Origin: an uncultured Gemmatimonadales bacterium
Lineage (GTDB): Bacteria; Gemmatimonadota; Gemmatimonadetes; Longimicrobiales; RSA9
DNA: 64,000 nucleotides
NCBI GenBank assembly: GCA_963816355.1
Contig: CAWFKH010000003.1
Location: 608,001-672,000 of the forward strand
Direction of reading: 5' to 3'
Below, piece by piece: positions 54,472 through 64,000 of the stretch (its first letter is position 1; the number at the start of each line of letters is the position of its first letter). A program made the translations under genes and the position numbers. The notes below the pieces were generated by a model, which saw only the letters and a program-made list of their open reading frames with translations, did not search any database and was not told where the DNA came from.

Positions 54472-56382
54472 CTACTGCAGGTCGCGGGCGCGAACGTTGA
54501 CGAGCACCACCCCGCCCGAGGCGGTGATCCCGTAGAGCTTGGCCACGACGCACTGTGGGTTGCCCGGACAGCTCAGGCCGGCGTTGTCGCTCGCCAGCGG
54601 TCCGGACACGCGCATCGGTCCCGTGATGTTCGCCTTGATCGGGATCTCGGCGCGCGGCAGGAAGTGCGTCGTGTCGACCGCCTTGATCGACGCGTCGGTC
54701 GTGCCGATGAACGCGTAGGGCGGCGTCGTCGGCGCGTTGCCCGGCTGGAACGCCGCGCCCGCGCCGCCGGACACGCCGGGCGAGTACTCGCCCTGCAGCC
54801 GCAGTTGCTCGGTGAAGAAGTAGGCCGCCTCGGATCCGCGTGCGACGCCGAAGCTGCCGTCGAAGTTCAGGTCGAGGCCGTGCACCTGTTCGGCGGCGTT
54901 GTGGAAGAGGTCGATCACCTCGATCGAAGCCGAGATGCGGTCGTTCTGCGCGTTGTAGAGGTAGATGCGGCCCGCCGGCGAGCGCGCGCCCTCGCCGAAC
55001 GCGACGACGTGGCGGTCGCCCGAGACGCTGACGAACGTGGTGTCGCCGAAACCGGCCGCGAAGAGCTGGAACGTGCCCGGCACCGCGACGATGTCGGAGC
55101 CCTTCGACTGCAGGTCCGGCACCGCGTTCTCGATGCGCGCCAGGATGCTCTGGATCACCTGCGCCGGGAACCCCGGCTTGTGGTCGTAGAGCACGATCTG
55201 GTCGTCGCCGGCCGCGAACGCCGTCACCTTCACGCTGTCGATGTTGGCGAACGACCATACGGTCGCCGACGGCGTGTAGGTGTAGTCGAGGAACTTCACT
55301 TCCGGCACGTCCTGCGACGACGTCGGGTCCGGGTTCGGATCCGTGTAGCGGATCGTCCCCTGCGGCGCCGTCACCGTCGGCAGCGTCGAGAAGAAGACGC
55401 GGCCGCGGTAGTCCTGCGCCAGGAACTCGGGCCGGTCGCTGAAGTCGATCGGCGTGACCAGGTAGCGCGAGCGGAACTGCTCGTCGTTGTTGACGTTCAC
55501 CTGGAAGAGCACCGCGTTCGGCATGTTCAGCCGCCGCGACACGTCCTCGTTCAGCGTGCCGAGCGGCACGTACGAGATGCTGGTGCCGCCGGAGTTGGCC
55601 ACCAGCAGCGTGTCGGAGGTGCGGTTCAGCGCCAGGCCCCACGGCTCCGAGCCCACCTCGACGAACGGCCGGAACGAGCTGGTCGGGATGTCGAGCACCT
55701 CGAGCCGGTGCCGCGTCTGGTTCGACAGGTAGAGCCGCTGCCGCGACACGTCCACCACCGCGTCCGCGATCGTGCCGGACGCCGGCAGATCGATCGTGCG
55801 GCCCCGCACCGCCAGCACGTCCGACGCCTGCCCCACCGCGTCCGCCGCCACCGTCGCGCCGTCCACCGTGTCGCACGAGAGCCGCTGCTCGCTGTCCTTC
55901 ACCGCCGCGACGCACAGCCCCTGCGAGTCGGTGGCGAAGCCGAACACCTCCAGGCTCAGCGAGTCCGGCAGCTCCGCGTCGCTCGTGACCGGCAGCGCGA
56001 ACGTGAACGTGTTCGACACCGTGCCGGTCTCGGCCGGCGAGAAGTTGCGGCTGTCCTGCAGCGTGGTCGTCGTGCCGCCGGAGTGGCGGACGCGAACCGT
56101 CGTGCCGACCGTCGCGATCCCCCGCTTGCCCGACAGGTCCCGCACCGTCACGTGCACGCGGATGCTGTCGCTCAGCTCCATGCGCGGCTGCGACTCCGTG
56201 CTCACGCTCACCGCGAGCGGAGTCAGGTTGACGTTCACCTCGCCGTCCTGCACGTCGTAGAGCGTGTCCGCCTCGCATGCGGCGAGGAGCGACACGGCCG
56301 TGAGAGCGACCGCGAGGCGGCCGATCACACGCGTGCGCGAGAGCGTCGAGCGGGGCACGGCGTTCGTTTCGGTGGCCTGCAT
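54472..56382 (-). CDS. Surface lipoprotein with YncE/YVTN-like beta-propeller
   Basis: GAGG RBS; lipobox LLAAC; RLYLSNQTRHRLEVLD..VEVGSEPWGLAL..TLLVANSGGTSISYV. Confidence 0.8.
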   Translation of the reverse strand: MQATETNAVPRSTLSRTRVIGRLAVALTAVSLLAACEADTLYDVQDGEVNVNLTPLAVSVSTESQPRMELSDSIRVHVTVRDLSGKRGIATVGTTVRVRHSGGTTTTLQDSRNFSPAETGTVSNTFTFALPVTSDAELPDSLSLEVFGFATDSQGLCVAAVKDSEQRLSCDTVDGATVAADAVGQASDVLAVRGRTIDLPASGTIADAVVDVSRQRLYLSNQTRHRLEVLDIPTSSFRPFVEVGSEPWGLALNRTSDTLLVANSGGTSISYVPLGTLNEDVSRRLNMPNAVLFQVNVNNDEQFRSRYLVTPIDFSDRPEFLAQDYRGRVFFSTLPTVTAPQGTIRYTDPNPDPTSSQDVPEVKFLDYTYTPSATVWSFANIDSVKVTAFAAGDDQIVLYDHKPGFPAQVIQSILARIENAVPDLQSKGSDIVAVPGTFQLFAAGFGDTTFVSVSGDRHVVAFGEGARSPAGRIYLYNAQNDRISASIEVIDLFHNAAEQVHGLDLNFDGSFGVARGSEAAYFFTEQLRLQGEYSPGVSGGAGAAFQPGNAPTTPPYAFIGTTDASIKAVDTTHFLPRAEIPIKANITGPMRVSGPLASDNAGLSCPGNPQCVVAKLYGITASGGVVLVNVRARDLQ

Positions 56383-56556
56383 GATCTTTCCTCGATGAGT
56401 CGCGGTCGCTGCAGCGACCAGGTGCCGACATCGGGCGCCGGCTGGCGCAGGAATGCAAAGATGCGTCGCCCGCTCGGGCGGCGCCTCATGCATTCACGAC
56501 CACCGGCCGTGTCCATGACTGTCAATCCGGGGAGTAAGCACGGGGGGATAGCGTGA

Positions 56557-56585
56557 AGGTTAGGCGCGGCCCACGGGATTGTCAA
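56557..56585 (-). promoter_or_regulatory. sigma70 promoter of the lipoprotein-OMP operon
   Basis: Minus strand TTGACA-N17-TAACCT. Confidence 0.65.
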
Positions 56586-56668
56586 GACGGTTGCCGCGTG
56601 TTATCGTGGGGCCCGTCCCTCCCCGCCACATCGCGATCGTTACCCGACTGCCCGGATCCTCTGCCCCA

Positions 56669-58226
56669 ATGGACCAAGGCCGAGCGCCCGTTCCGTCCGC
56701 GTTCGACGTCGTCTTCATCGTGCTGGCGCTGCTCGTCCCGCTCGCGTGGGTGCGCCCGCTCCTGAACGCCGACGGCGACCTCGCGCGCCACCTCCGCGTC
56801 GGCGAGACCATCCTGCAGCGCGGCGGCCTCTTCTTCACCGACCCATTCTCCAACACCATGTTCGGCCGCCCGTTCGTGCCCTACGAATGGCTCAGCGAGG
56901 TGATCGACGCGCTGCTGAACCGCCTCGGCGGCCTGCCCGCCATCGCCATCTTCAACGGGCTCGTCATCGGCCTCACCTACGCGCTCGTCGTCCTCTTCCT
57001 GCGACGTCGCGGCGTCGACCCCCTGCTCGGCTTCCTCGTCGGCATGCTCGCCGCCGCCGTCGCGTGCGTGCACTGGCTCGCGCGCCCGCACCTCTGGACC
57101 CCGCTCGGCGCGATCCTGCTGCTGTTCGTCCTCGAGCCGCCGCGCCGCGACGCGGGGGCGGCGCGCGCCGTGGAAGCGGCTGCTCTGGCTGGTGCCGCTG
57201 TTCGCGTTGTGGGCGAATGTGCATGGGGGGTTCCTGTATGGGTTGGTGCTGGTGGGGGTGTTCGTGGGGGGAGACGTGCTGGAGCTGGGGAGCGGTCTGG
57301 GGTCTGCGGAGGGGGTCTGGGGGGGGGTGTGGGGTACGGGGTCTGCGGGGGGTCTGCGGTCTGCGGGGGGGGGGCGGCTCCTTTACCATCTGGGGGCGCT
57401 CGGGGTGGCGGGGGTGGCGTGTCTGGTCAATCCGGTGGGGCCGGGGCTTTACGCGCACGTGCTCGGGTGGTTCGGGCAGCGCTACGTGATCGACAACACG
57501 GGGGAGTACCTGTCGCCGGACTTCCACCGGCGCAGCGTGCAGATCTTTCTCTTCGCGCTCGTGCTCGTCGTCTTCGCGCTGGCCCTCTCGCGGCGGCGCA
57601 TCCGCTGGTCGCGGCTCGCGGTCGTGGTGGTGGGCGTCTTCTTCGCGCTGTACTCGGGACGCAACATCCCGCTCTTCGCGGTCACGGCGCTGCCGCTGCT
57701 GGCGCTCGAGCTGGACGGCGAGTGGCGCGCGCTGCCGTGGGCGCGGCGGCTCGGCGCCGGGTTCGCGGCGGGCGACCGGGCGGCGATCGCGGGGATCTGG
57801 TCCGGCGTCGTCGCGGCGGGGCTCGTCGTCCTGATGGCGAGCGGCGGCCGCGTGGGCGGGCGCACGCTCGTGCGCGCCTCCTTCGCCCCGGACATCTTCC
57901 CGGTGCGGGCGGTCGAGCGCGCGCGCGCGGCGCACCTCGACGGGCGCATGTTCAACTCCTTCGGCTGGGGCGGCTACCTGCTGTGGGCGTGGCCGGAGCA
58001 GAAGGTGTTCATCGACGGCCAGACCGACTTCTACGGCGAGAAGGTGTTCCGCACCTACCAGGAGATCGCCGGCCTGCAGCCGGGCTGGCGCACCAAGCTC
58101 GATTCGCTCGGCATCTCGCTCGCCGTCATCGACACCCGCTCCGCCCTCGCCAACGAGCTCGAGCACGAGCCGGGGTGGCGCCGCTGGTACGGCGACAGCG
58201 TCGCCGTCGTGCTGCGGCGCGAGTAG
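56669..58226 (+). CDS. Polytopic GT-C-like membrane glycosyltransferase, type A copy 1 (frameshifted at ~57135-57170)
   Basis: DGDLARHLRVGE..DPFS..YEWLSEV..ARPHLW in the first frame; LWANVHGGFLYG..EYLSPDFH..RN..WGGYLLW..VFIDGQTDFYG in the next frame; colinear with the intact paralog at 59978. Confidence 0.7.
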
Positions 58227-58239
58227 CTCGGCACCCGCG

Positions 58240-59973
58240 ATGACCTCGGTCGTTCCTCCGACTCCCGATGCGGCCGCGACGGAGCGGATGGCGCCTGGCT
58301 CCGCCGCGACCGTGGCGTCCCGCGTCGCTCCGACCGTGCCGTCCCGCGTCGCTCCGCTCGTGTCGTCCCGCTTCGGCCCGCTGCGGGTCGGCCTCGTGGT
58401 CGCCGCCGCGGTGCTGCTCCTCGTCCCCGGCCCCTACGTCGCCGGCTCGTTCGGCGACGACGCGCTCTACGTCGCGCTCGGCAAGGCGATCGCCGCCGGC
58501 CGCGGCTACCGCGAGCTGTTCACGCTGGGGCAGCCGCCGCACCTGCGCTATCCGCCGGGGCTGCCGGTGCTGCTCGCGGGGCTGTGGCGCGCGTTCGGCC
58601 GCGTCGACGCGGTGCTGCGCGCGGCGGTCGTCGCGAACGCGCTGGCGATCGGCGCCGCCGCGGGCGCGATCTGGGCGTACGGCCGCCGCATCGGCGTCGC
58701 GCCTCTCACGCTCGCGATCTTCGCGCTCGGTCCGTTCTTCCTGGACGCGTCGCTCGAGTACGCCTCCGTCGCGCTGAGCGAGCCGTACATGCTGCTCACG
58801 TGGGCGGTGGCGGTGCTGCTCGCGGAGCGCCTGGGGCGCGAGGAGCGGCCGCGCCACGCGCTCGCGCTCGCGCTCGGCGTCGGACTCGCGCTCGGCGTCG
58901 CGGGCCTCTTCCGCACGCAGGCGGTCACGCTGATCCCCGGCTTCCTGATCGCGCTGCTGCTGCTGCGGCAGCCGGTACGGCGCGTCGCGCTCACGGCACT
59001 GGCGGCCGGCGCCGTGTGCATCCTGCCGACGCTGCGGACGCTGCTGCCCGCGGACGCATCCGACCCGCTCGCGTCCGAGTCCTACTTCCACTATTTCGTG
59101 CGCGCCTCCGCCGCCTCGCCGCTGCGGGAGGCGCTCCATCAGCTCGCCTTCAACGGCCGCGCCTATCTCGGCTGGTTTCCGCCGTACTTCTCCGCGACGC
59201 CGCTGGTGGGGCGCCTCGTCGTCGGCTCGCTGCTCGCGGCCGCGGTCTTCGGCGGCGCGCGGCTGGCGCGGCGGCGGCCGGAGCTCGTGTGGCCGGCGCT
59301 CGGCTTCCTCGTCGTGATCATGGCGTGGCCCGGCATGAGCGACCGCCTCGCGCTGCCCGCGGTCCCGTTCCTGGGCGTCATGGCGGCGTACCGGATCGAC
59401 CTCGAGATCGCGCGCGTCCCGGCGCGCTGGCGCCGTCTCCCGCCCCTGCTGCTGCTGGCGGCCGCCGCGGCGGTCGGCGCGCGGCAGGTGCAGGTCCGCG
59501 CGGAGGGGCGGGCCGGAGCGCGCACCGCCGGTCCGTGGGCCTACAACGCGCCCTCCTTCCTGCTGCCGTGGACCGACGGCTTCATCCGCGCGAGCGTCGC
59601 GCGTCTCGAGCGGGACGTGGACCCGCGGCTCGTCGTGATGGTCGACCGGGCCCCCGCGATCTGGCTCTACGCCGGCCGCCTCACGGTCCCGCCCGACGCC
59701 GGCCGCGTCCCGGTCGCGCCCGGCGAATACCTCGCCGACCGCATCCGGCTCGGCCAGGTCGGCGTCGTCGTCGTCGGCAGCCCCGCGTTCCCGAGCGCGG
59801 TCGACGTCGCCACGCTGCGCGACGCCTGCCCGGACCTGCTCGAGCCGGTCGGCGGCCTCGACGCGTTCCCGCCGATCTACCGGGTGGGCCGGGCGCCGTG
59901 CCCCGCCTTCGCCATACCGGACCGCGCCGTGCCGGCGGCGCAGGAGCGGCGCGGTGCCGCCGCGCCCGGCTAG
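58240..59973 (+). CDS. ArnT/PMT-like GT-C membrane glycosyltransferase, type B copy 1
   Basis: GDDALYVALGKAIAAGRGY..YPPGLP..LSEPY..LFRTQ..DRLALP; multiple TM segments. Confidence 0.72.
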   Translation: MTSVVPPTPDAAATERMAPGSAATVASRVAPTVPSRVAPLVSSRFGPLRVGLVVAAAVLLLVPGPYVAGSFGDDALYVALGKAIAAGRGYRELFTLGQPPHLRYPPGLPVLLAGLWRAFGRVDAVLRAAVVANALAIGAAAGAIWAYGRRIGVAPLTLAIFALGPFFLDASLEYASVALSEPYMLLTWAVAVLLAERLGREERPRHALALALGVGLALGVAGLFRTQAVTLIPGFLIALLLLRQPVRRVALTALAAGAVCILPTLRTLLPADASDPLASESYFHYFVRASAASPLREALHQLAFNGRAYLGWFPPYFSATPLVGRLVVGSLLAAAVFGGARLARRRPELVWPALGFLVVIMAWPGMSDRLALPAVPFLGVMAAYRIDLEIARVPARWRRLPPLLLLAAAAAVGARQVQVRAEGRAGARTAGPWAYNAPSFLLPWTDGFIRASVARLERDVDPRLVVMVDRAPAIWLYAGRLTVPPDAGRVPVAPGEYLADRIRLGQVGVVVVGSPAFPSAVDVATLRDACPDLLEPVGGLDAFPPIYRVGRAPCPAFAIPDRAVPAAQERRGAAAPG

Positions 59974-59977
59974 CGCG

Positions 59978-61516
59978 ATGGCCGCCGACGCAGCCGCCGC
60001 CGCGCGCGCGACGCCCCGGCACCGGCGAGGCCGCGAGCCGGAGCCGCCCTCGCGCGCCGCGCGCGGCCTCCGCCTCGCGCCGTCCGTCGCGGACATCGTC
60101 TTCCTCACCGTCGCGTCGCTCTGCGTGCTGCTGCTCGGCAGCCTGCTCTTCAGCGGCGACGGCGACCTCGGCCGCCACATCCGCGTCGGCGCCTACATCC
60201 TGCGCCACGGCATGATCCACCGCGACGTCTTCTCGCACACGCGCGCGGGCGATCCCTTCGTCGCCTACGAATGGCTCAGCGAGGTCGCGTTCGCCGCCGC
60301 CGCGGCCGCCGCGGGGCTGCGCGGCGTCGTCCTGCTCACCGCCGCGCTGCTCGCCGCGGCGCACGCGCTCGTCGCGCTCTTCCTCGTGCGGCGCGGCGTC
60401 TCGCCGAGCCTCGCGCTGCTCGTCGCGCTCGCCTCCGTCGCGGTCGGCTGGGTCCACTGGGCCGCGCGGCCGCACGCCTTCACGCTCGTCGCCGTCGTCG
60501 CGCTGCTCTTCATCCTCGAGGCGCCGCGGCGCCGGCTGCTGGCGACGGCGCTCCTCTTCGCACTGTGGGCGAACCTGCACGGCGGCTTCCTCTTCGGCCT
60601 CGGCGTGGCCGGCCTCTACCTCGCCGGCGCCGTGATCGACGGCGACGGCGCCGCGCGCGACCGCTGCGCGGCGACGCTCGCCGTCGCCCTCGTCGCGTGC
60701 CTGCTCAACCCCGCCGGCCCGCGCCTGCTCCTCCACGTCGCCGGCTGGTTCCGCGAGCGCGTCATCATCGACAGCACGGTCGAGTACCTGTCGCCGGACT
60801 TCCACCAGCCGGGGCCGCGCGCTTTCCTCGTCGCGCTGCTCGCCGTCGTCGCGGTCCTGGCGCGCGCGCGCCGCCCGCTGCCCACCGCGCGCGCGCTCGT
60901 GATCGTCGCCGCCACCGGCGCCGCGCTCCTGTCGCAGCGCAACATCAGCCTCTTCGCGCTCACCGCGCTGCCGCTCGCCGCGCTCCGGTTCGCGCGGCCT
61001 CGCGGCCCGGATCCGCTCGCGGAGGACCGCAGCGGCCCGCTCGTGCGCGCGCGCCGCGATCCGCTCGCGCTCGGCGAGGCGCACGCGCTGCCGGGTGCGT
61101 GGAGCGCGGCGGGCCTCGTCGCGCTCGCGCTCGCCAGCCTCGGAGCGTTCGGCGCGCCGGCCACCGCGGAGCCGCGCTTCCCGGCCCACCGCTTCCCGGT
61201 CGAGGCGGTCGCGGCCGCGCGCGCGGCGGACGTGCACGGCCGCATGTACAACGCGCTGGACTGGGGCGGCTACATCCTGTGGAAATGGCCGGCCCAGCGC
61301 GTCTTCATCGACGGCCAGACGGACTTCTACGGCTCCGCCCTCTTCCGCGAGTACCAGGCGGTGATGCGCCTCGACGACGGCTGGCGCGACGTCCTGCGCC
61401 GGCACGGCGTCACGCTCCTGATCGTGCCGCCGTACTGGCCGGTCGCGCGCGCGCTGCAACGCGAGGGGTGGCGCACCCTTCACAGCGACCCGACCGCCGC
61501 CGTGCTCGTCCCGTGA
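59978..61516 (+). CDS. Polytopic GT-C-like membrane glycosyltransferase, type A copy 2
   Basis: DGDLGRHIRVG..DVFSHT..YEWLSEV..ARPHAF..LWANLHGGF..EYLSPDFH..WGGYILW..VFIDGQTDFYG. Confidence 0.75.
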   Translation: MAADAAAAARATPRHRRGREPEPPSRAARGLRLAPSVADIVFLTVASLCVLLLGSLLFSGDGDLGRHIRVGAYILRHGMIHRDVFSHTRAGDPFVAYEWLSEVAFAAAAAAAGLRGVVLLTAALLAAAHALVALFLVRRGVSPSLALLVALASVAVGWVHWAARPHAFTLVAVVALLFILEAPRRRLLATALLFALWANLHGGFLFGLGVAGLYLAGAVIDGDGAARDRCAATLAVALVACLLNPAGPRLLLHVAGWFRERVIIDSTVEYLSPDFHQPGPRAFLVALLAVVAVLARARRPLPTARALVIVAATGAALLSQRNISLFALTALPLAALRFARPRGPDPLAEDRSGPLVRARRDPLALGEAHALPGAWSAAGLVALALASLGAFGAPATAEPRFPAHRFPVEAVAAARAADVHGRMYNALDWGGYILWKWPAQRVFIDGQTDFYGSALFREYQAVMRLDDGWRDVLRRHGVTLLIVPPYWPVARALQREGWRTLHSDPTAAVLVP

Positions 61517-63192
61517 ACGCGCCGCTCGCGGCGCCGGCGCGCGTCGCCGCCCCGCCCGCCGCCGGCACCGCGCCGGCCGGCCGCGAAGGGGAGGGGCGCC
61601 CGCGCCGCGCCCGCGCCGCCGCGGCGGTCGGCGGCGCCGTCGCCCTCGCCTGGCTCGCGCTGCTGCCGTGGCCGCCCTACCGCGTCGGCTCCTACGGCGA
61701 CGACGCCGTCTACGTCGCGCTCGGCCGCGCGCTCGCGAGCGGGCTCGGCTACCGCGAGATCTTCACGGTCGGCCTGCCCGCGCACGCGAAGTACCCGCCC
61801 GGCCTGCCCGCGCTCCTCGCCGGCCTGTGGCTGATCTTCGGCCACGTCGATGCCGTCGCGCTCGCCGCGCGCGTGGTGAACGCGGCGGCGGTCGGGCTCG
61901 CCGCCGGCTGCCTCTGGTGGTACGGCCGCGCTGTGCTGCGCCTGACGCGCGCCTCCCTCGCCGCCTTCGCGCTCGCGCCGCTCTTCCTCGACGCGACCCT
62001 GCAGTACGGCGGGCTGCCGCTCTCGGAGCCGTACATGCTCGCCGGCTGGTGCGTCGCGCTCGTCCTCTTCGTGCGCATCGCCGGCGCGCCCGCCGGCGCC
62101 TCGGCGGGAACCGGCCTCGCGCTCATCCTGGGCCTGCTGCTCGGCCTCACCTCGCTCTTCCGCACCCAGGCCATCGCGCTCGTCCCGGGCTTCCTCCTCG
62201 CCATGCTCCTCGCCCGGCACCCGCCGCGCCGCGTCCTCGCCGCCGCCGCCGGCGCCGCCCTGCCGATCTTCGGCTGGAGCGCCGGCCGCGCCCTGATCCT
62301 CGGCGCCGGGCCCGCGCCCGCGCCGCACGAGCTCGGCTACGTCGATGACCTGTTCGCCGGCGGCGTCCACACCGCCGCCGCGTTCGCCGGCCGCCGCGCG
62401 ATCCTCGACGCGCGCAGCTATCTCGGCTGGTTCGCGCCCTACTTCGCGGGATCCGAGCTCCTGGGCCGCGTCGCCGTCGGCAGCCTGCTCGCGCTCGCGG
62501 TCTTCGGAGGGATCCGGCTGGCCCGGCGGCGGCCCGAGCTGGTCGTTCCGGTGCTCGCCGCGATCGCGCTGCTGCTGATCTGGCCGTACGTGAGCGACCG
62601 CTTCATGCTCCCCGTGCTGCCGTTCCTCGGCCTCATGGCGGCGCGCCGCTTCGACCTCGAGCTGGCGCGCGTGCCGCGCCGCCGCATCGCCGCCGCGCTC
62701 GCCGTGCTCGCCGTCGCCGTCGCCGCCGTCGGCGCGCGCCAGGTGCAGCTCCGCCGCGCGGGCGGCCGCGTCGCCCTCTCCGACCGCGGCTGGGCGTTCT
62801 CCGCACCCGCGTTCCTGCTGCCGTGGACCGACCTGCTGCTCGAGCGCGTCGTGGCGCTCGTGCGCGACAATGCGCGCCCGGCCGACCGCGTCCTCGTCGA
62901 CCGCCCCGCCGCCGTCTGGCTCTACACCGGCGTGCCCACCGTGCCGCCGGACGCCGGCGAGCCGCGGCCGCTGCCGCCCGGCCTCTTCCTGGCCCGCCGC
63001 ATCCGCGACGACGGCGTCACGCTCGTCGTGATCGGCAGCCCCACCTTCCGCAGCGCCGCCGACGTCGCCACGCTGCTCGCGCGCTGTCCGGGCACGCTGC
63101 GGCCGCTGGGCGCAGCCGGCGGCGTCTATCCGCGCGCTTACCGGGTTGAGGCGGGCCGCCCCTGCGCAATCGCCGCCGAGGAGGGAAATTGA
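61513..63192 (+). CDS. ArnT/PMT-like GT-C membrane glycosyltransferase, type B copy 2
   Basis: GTG overlaps the upstream stop; GDDAVYVALGRALASGLGY..YPPGLP..LSEPY..LFRTQ..DRFMLP. Confidence 0.72.
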   Translation: MNAPLAAPARVAAPPAAGTAPAGREGEGRPRRARAAAAVGGAVALAWLALLPWPPYRVGSYGDDAVYVALGRALASGLGYREIFTVGLPAHAKYPPGLPALLAGLWLIFGHVDAVALAARVVNAAAVGLAAGCLWWYGRAVLRLTRASLAAFALAPLFLDATLQYGGLPLSEPYMLAGWCVALVLFVRIAGAPAGASAGTGLALILGLLLGLTSLFRTQAIALVPGFLLAMLLARHPPRRVLAAAAGAALPIFGWSAGRALILGAGPAPAPHELGYVDDLFAGGVHTAAAFAGRRAILDARSYLGWFAPYFAGSELLGRVAVGSLLALAVFGGIRLARRRPELVVPVLAAIALLLIWPYVSDRFMLPVLPFLGLMAARRFDLELARVPRRRIAAALAVLAVAVAAVGARQVQLRRAGGRVALSDRGWAFSAPAFLLPWTDLLLERVVALVRDNARPADRVLVDRPAAVWLYTGVPTVPPDAGEPRPLPPGLFLARRIRDDGVTLVVIGSPTFRSAADVATLLARCPGTLRPLGAAGGVYPRAYRVEAGRPCAIAAEEGN

Positions 63193-64000
63193 GCGCCACC
63201 GAGCGCACGCTGTCCGTCGTCGTCCCCTGCTTCGACGAGAAGGAGAACCTCGAAGAGCTGACGGGGCGCCTGCTGACGGTCCTGCGAGCACTGCCGGTGA
63301 GTGGCTACGAGGTGGTCTTCGTCGACGACGGGAGCCGCGATGGCTCCGGGGTGCTGCTCGACCGGCTGAGTGCGGAGGAGATGGGTGTGCGGACGCTTCA
63401 TCTCTCCCGCAACTTCGGGCACCAGGCCGCGCTCTCGGCTGGCCTCGAAGCTGCTTCCGGCGACGCCGTCGTGCTGATGGATGCGGACCTGCAGGACCCC
63501 CCGGAACTGATCGAGCGATTCGTACAGGAGTGGGTCATCGGGAACGAGGTGGTCTATGCCATCCGCCGCTCGCGCCGCGAGGGGGCGCTACGCCGCCTCA
63601 CTTACGCGCTCTTCTACCGGTCCTTTCGGCTCATGGCGGAGCTCGACGTCCCGCTCGACGCCGGGGACTTCTGCTTGCTCGACCGCCGTGTGGTCGACGC
63701 GATCCTGACCTTGCCGGAGCGCAACCGCTTCCTGCGCGGTCTCCGATCTTGGGTCGGCTTCCGCCAGGTCGGCGTGCCCTTCGACCGAGACGCCCGTCAC
63801 GGTGGACAGGCGAAGTACACGACGCGGAAGCTGATCCGCCTCGCGCTCTCCGGATACATCGGCTTCTCCTCCATGCCGCTGCGGGTCGGGGGCGTCGTCG
63901 GGGCCCTCGCGCTTCTCGCCAGCGTAGGTCTCGGGATCTGGGCGCTCGTCTCCAAGTTCACCACCACCGCCGTTCCCCCCGGCTGGACCAGCACCGTGGG
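63189..64000 (+). CDS. GT2 polyprenol-phosphate glycosyltransferase (GtrB/ArnC-like), 3'-truncated by the window edge
   Basis: TTG 63189; LSVVVPCFDEKENL..FVDDGSRD..LSRNFGHQAALSAGL..MDADLQDPPE..GDFCLLDRRVV..ERNRFLRGL..WVGF; C-terminal TM. Confidence 0.92.
   Translation, partial: MSATERTLSVVVPCFDEKENLEELTGRLLTVLRALPVSGYEVVFVDDGSRDGSGVLLDRLSAEEMGVRTLHLSRNFGHQAALSAGLEAASGDAVVLMDADLQDPPELIERFVQEWVIGNEVVYAIRRSRREGALRRLTYALFYRSFRLMAELDVPLDAGDFCLLDRRVVDAILTLPERNRFLRGLRSWVGFRQVGVPFDRDARHGGQAKYTTRKLIRLALSGYIGFSSMPLRVGGVVGALALLASVGLGIWALVSKFTTTAVPPGWTSTV

Noticed and set aside
1..64000. tRNA, rRNA, transposase, integrase or prophage genes
   Set aside because: No T-loop/cloverleaf, rRNA signature or mobile-element protein motifs seen by eye; tRNAscan-SE and cmscan would be decisive

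Overview
Very GC-rich bacterial chromosomal window (above 70% GC by eye). Gene content and style suggest Gemmatimonadota or a similar lineage; this is inference only. 1-26.5 kb is mostly + strand housekeeping: rsmI (partial), a DUF4159 / coiled-coil / TPR / exported GATase-like cluster, a JAB-DinG helicase fusion, an FAH-family protein, an aminotransferase, a BON protein, valS (three apparent frameshifts), an Ig-like lipoprotein, selA, gmhB, EamA, iscA, nadA, an MBL hydrolase, purN and purH. 26.6-30.5 kb is a small stress cluster (Hsp20, tandem USP, AI-2E, DUF302). 30.6-50 kb is a dense c-di-GMP / two-component hub: 2 hybrid kinases (one apparently degenerate), 2 REC-HD-GYP, 3 GGDEF (one degenerate) and 1 GGDEF-EAL. 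Three hub proteins share the same unnamed membrane input domain, and a tail-anchored DnaJ operon is embedded in the hub. 50-56.5 kb holds a TPR-like gene, orphan Flp-pilin-like genes and a lipoprotein plus beta-barrel pair. Four arrays of tandem GC-rich stem-loops joined by GGAAG linkers (one at ~40.9 kb, three at 51-53.8 kb) each start at the TGA stop of the upstream gene. 56.7-64 kb is a duplicated (A-B-A-B) set of GT-C-like membrane glycosyltransferases followed by a GtrB/ArnC-like GT2. I saw no rRNA, tRNA, CRISPR array, transposase or integrase. Several frameshifts suggest indel errors in the assembly.
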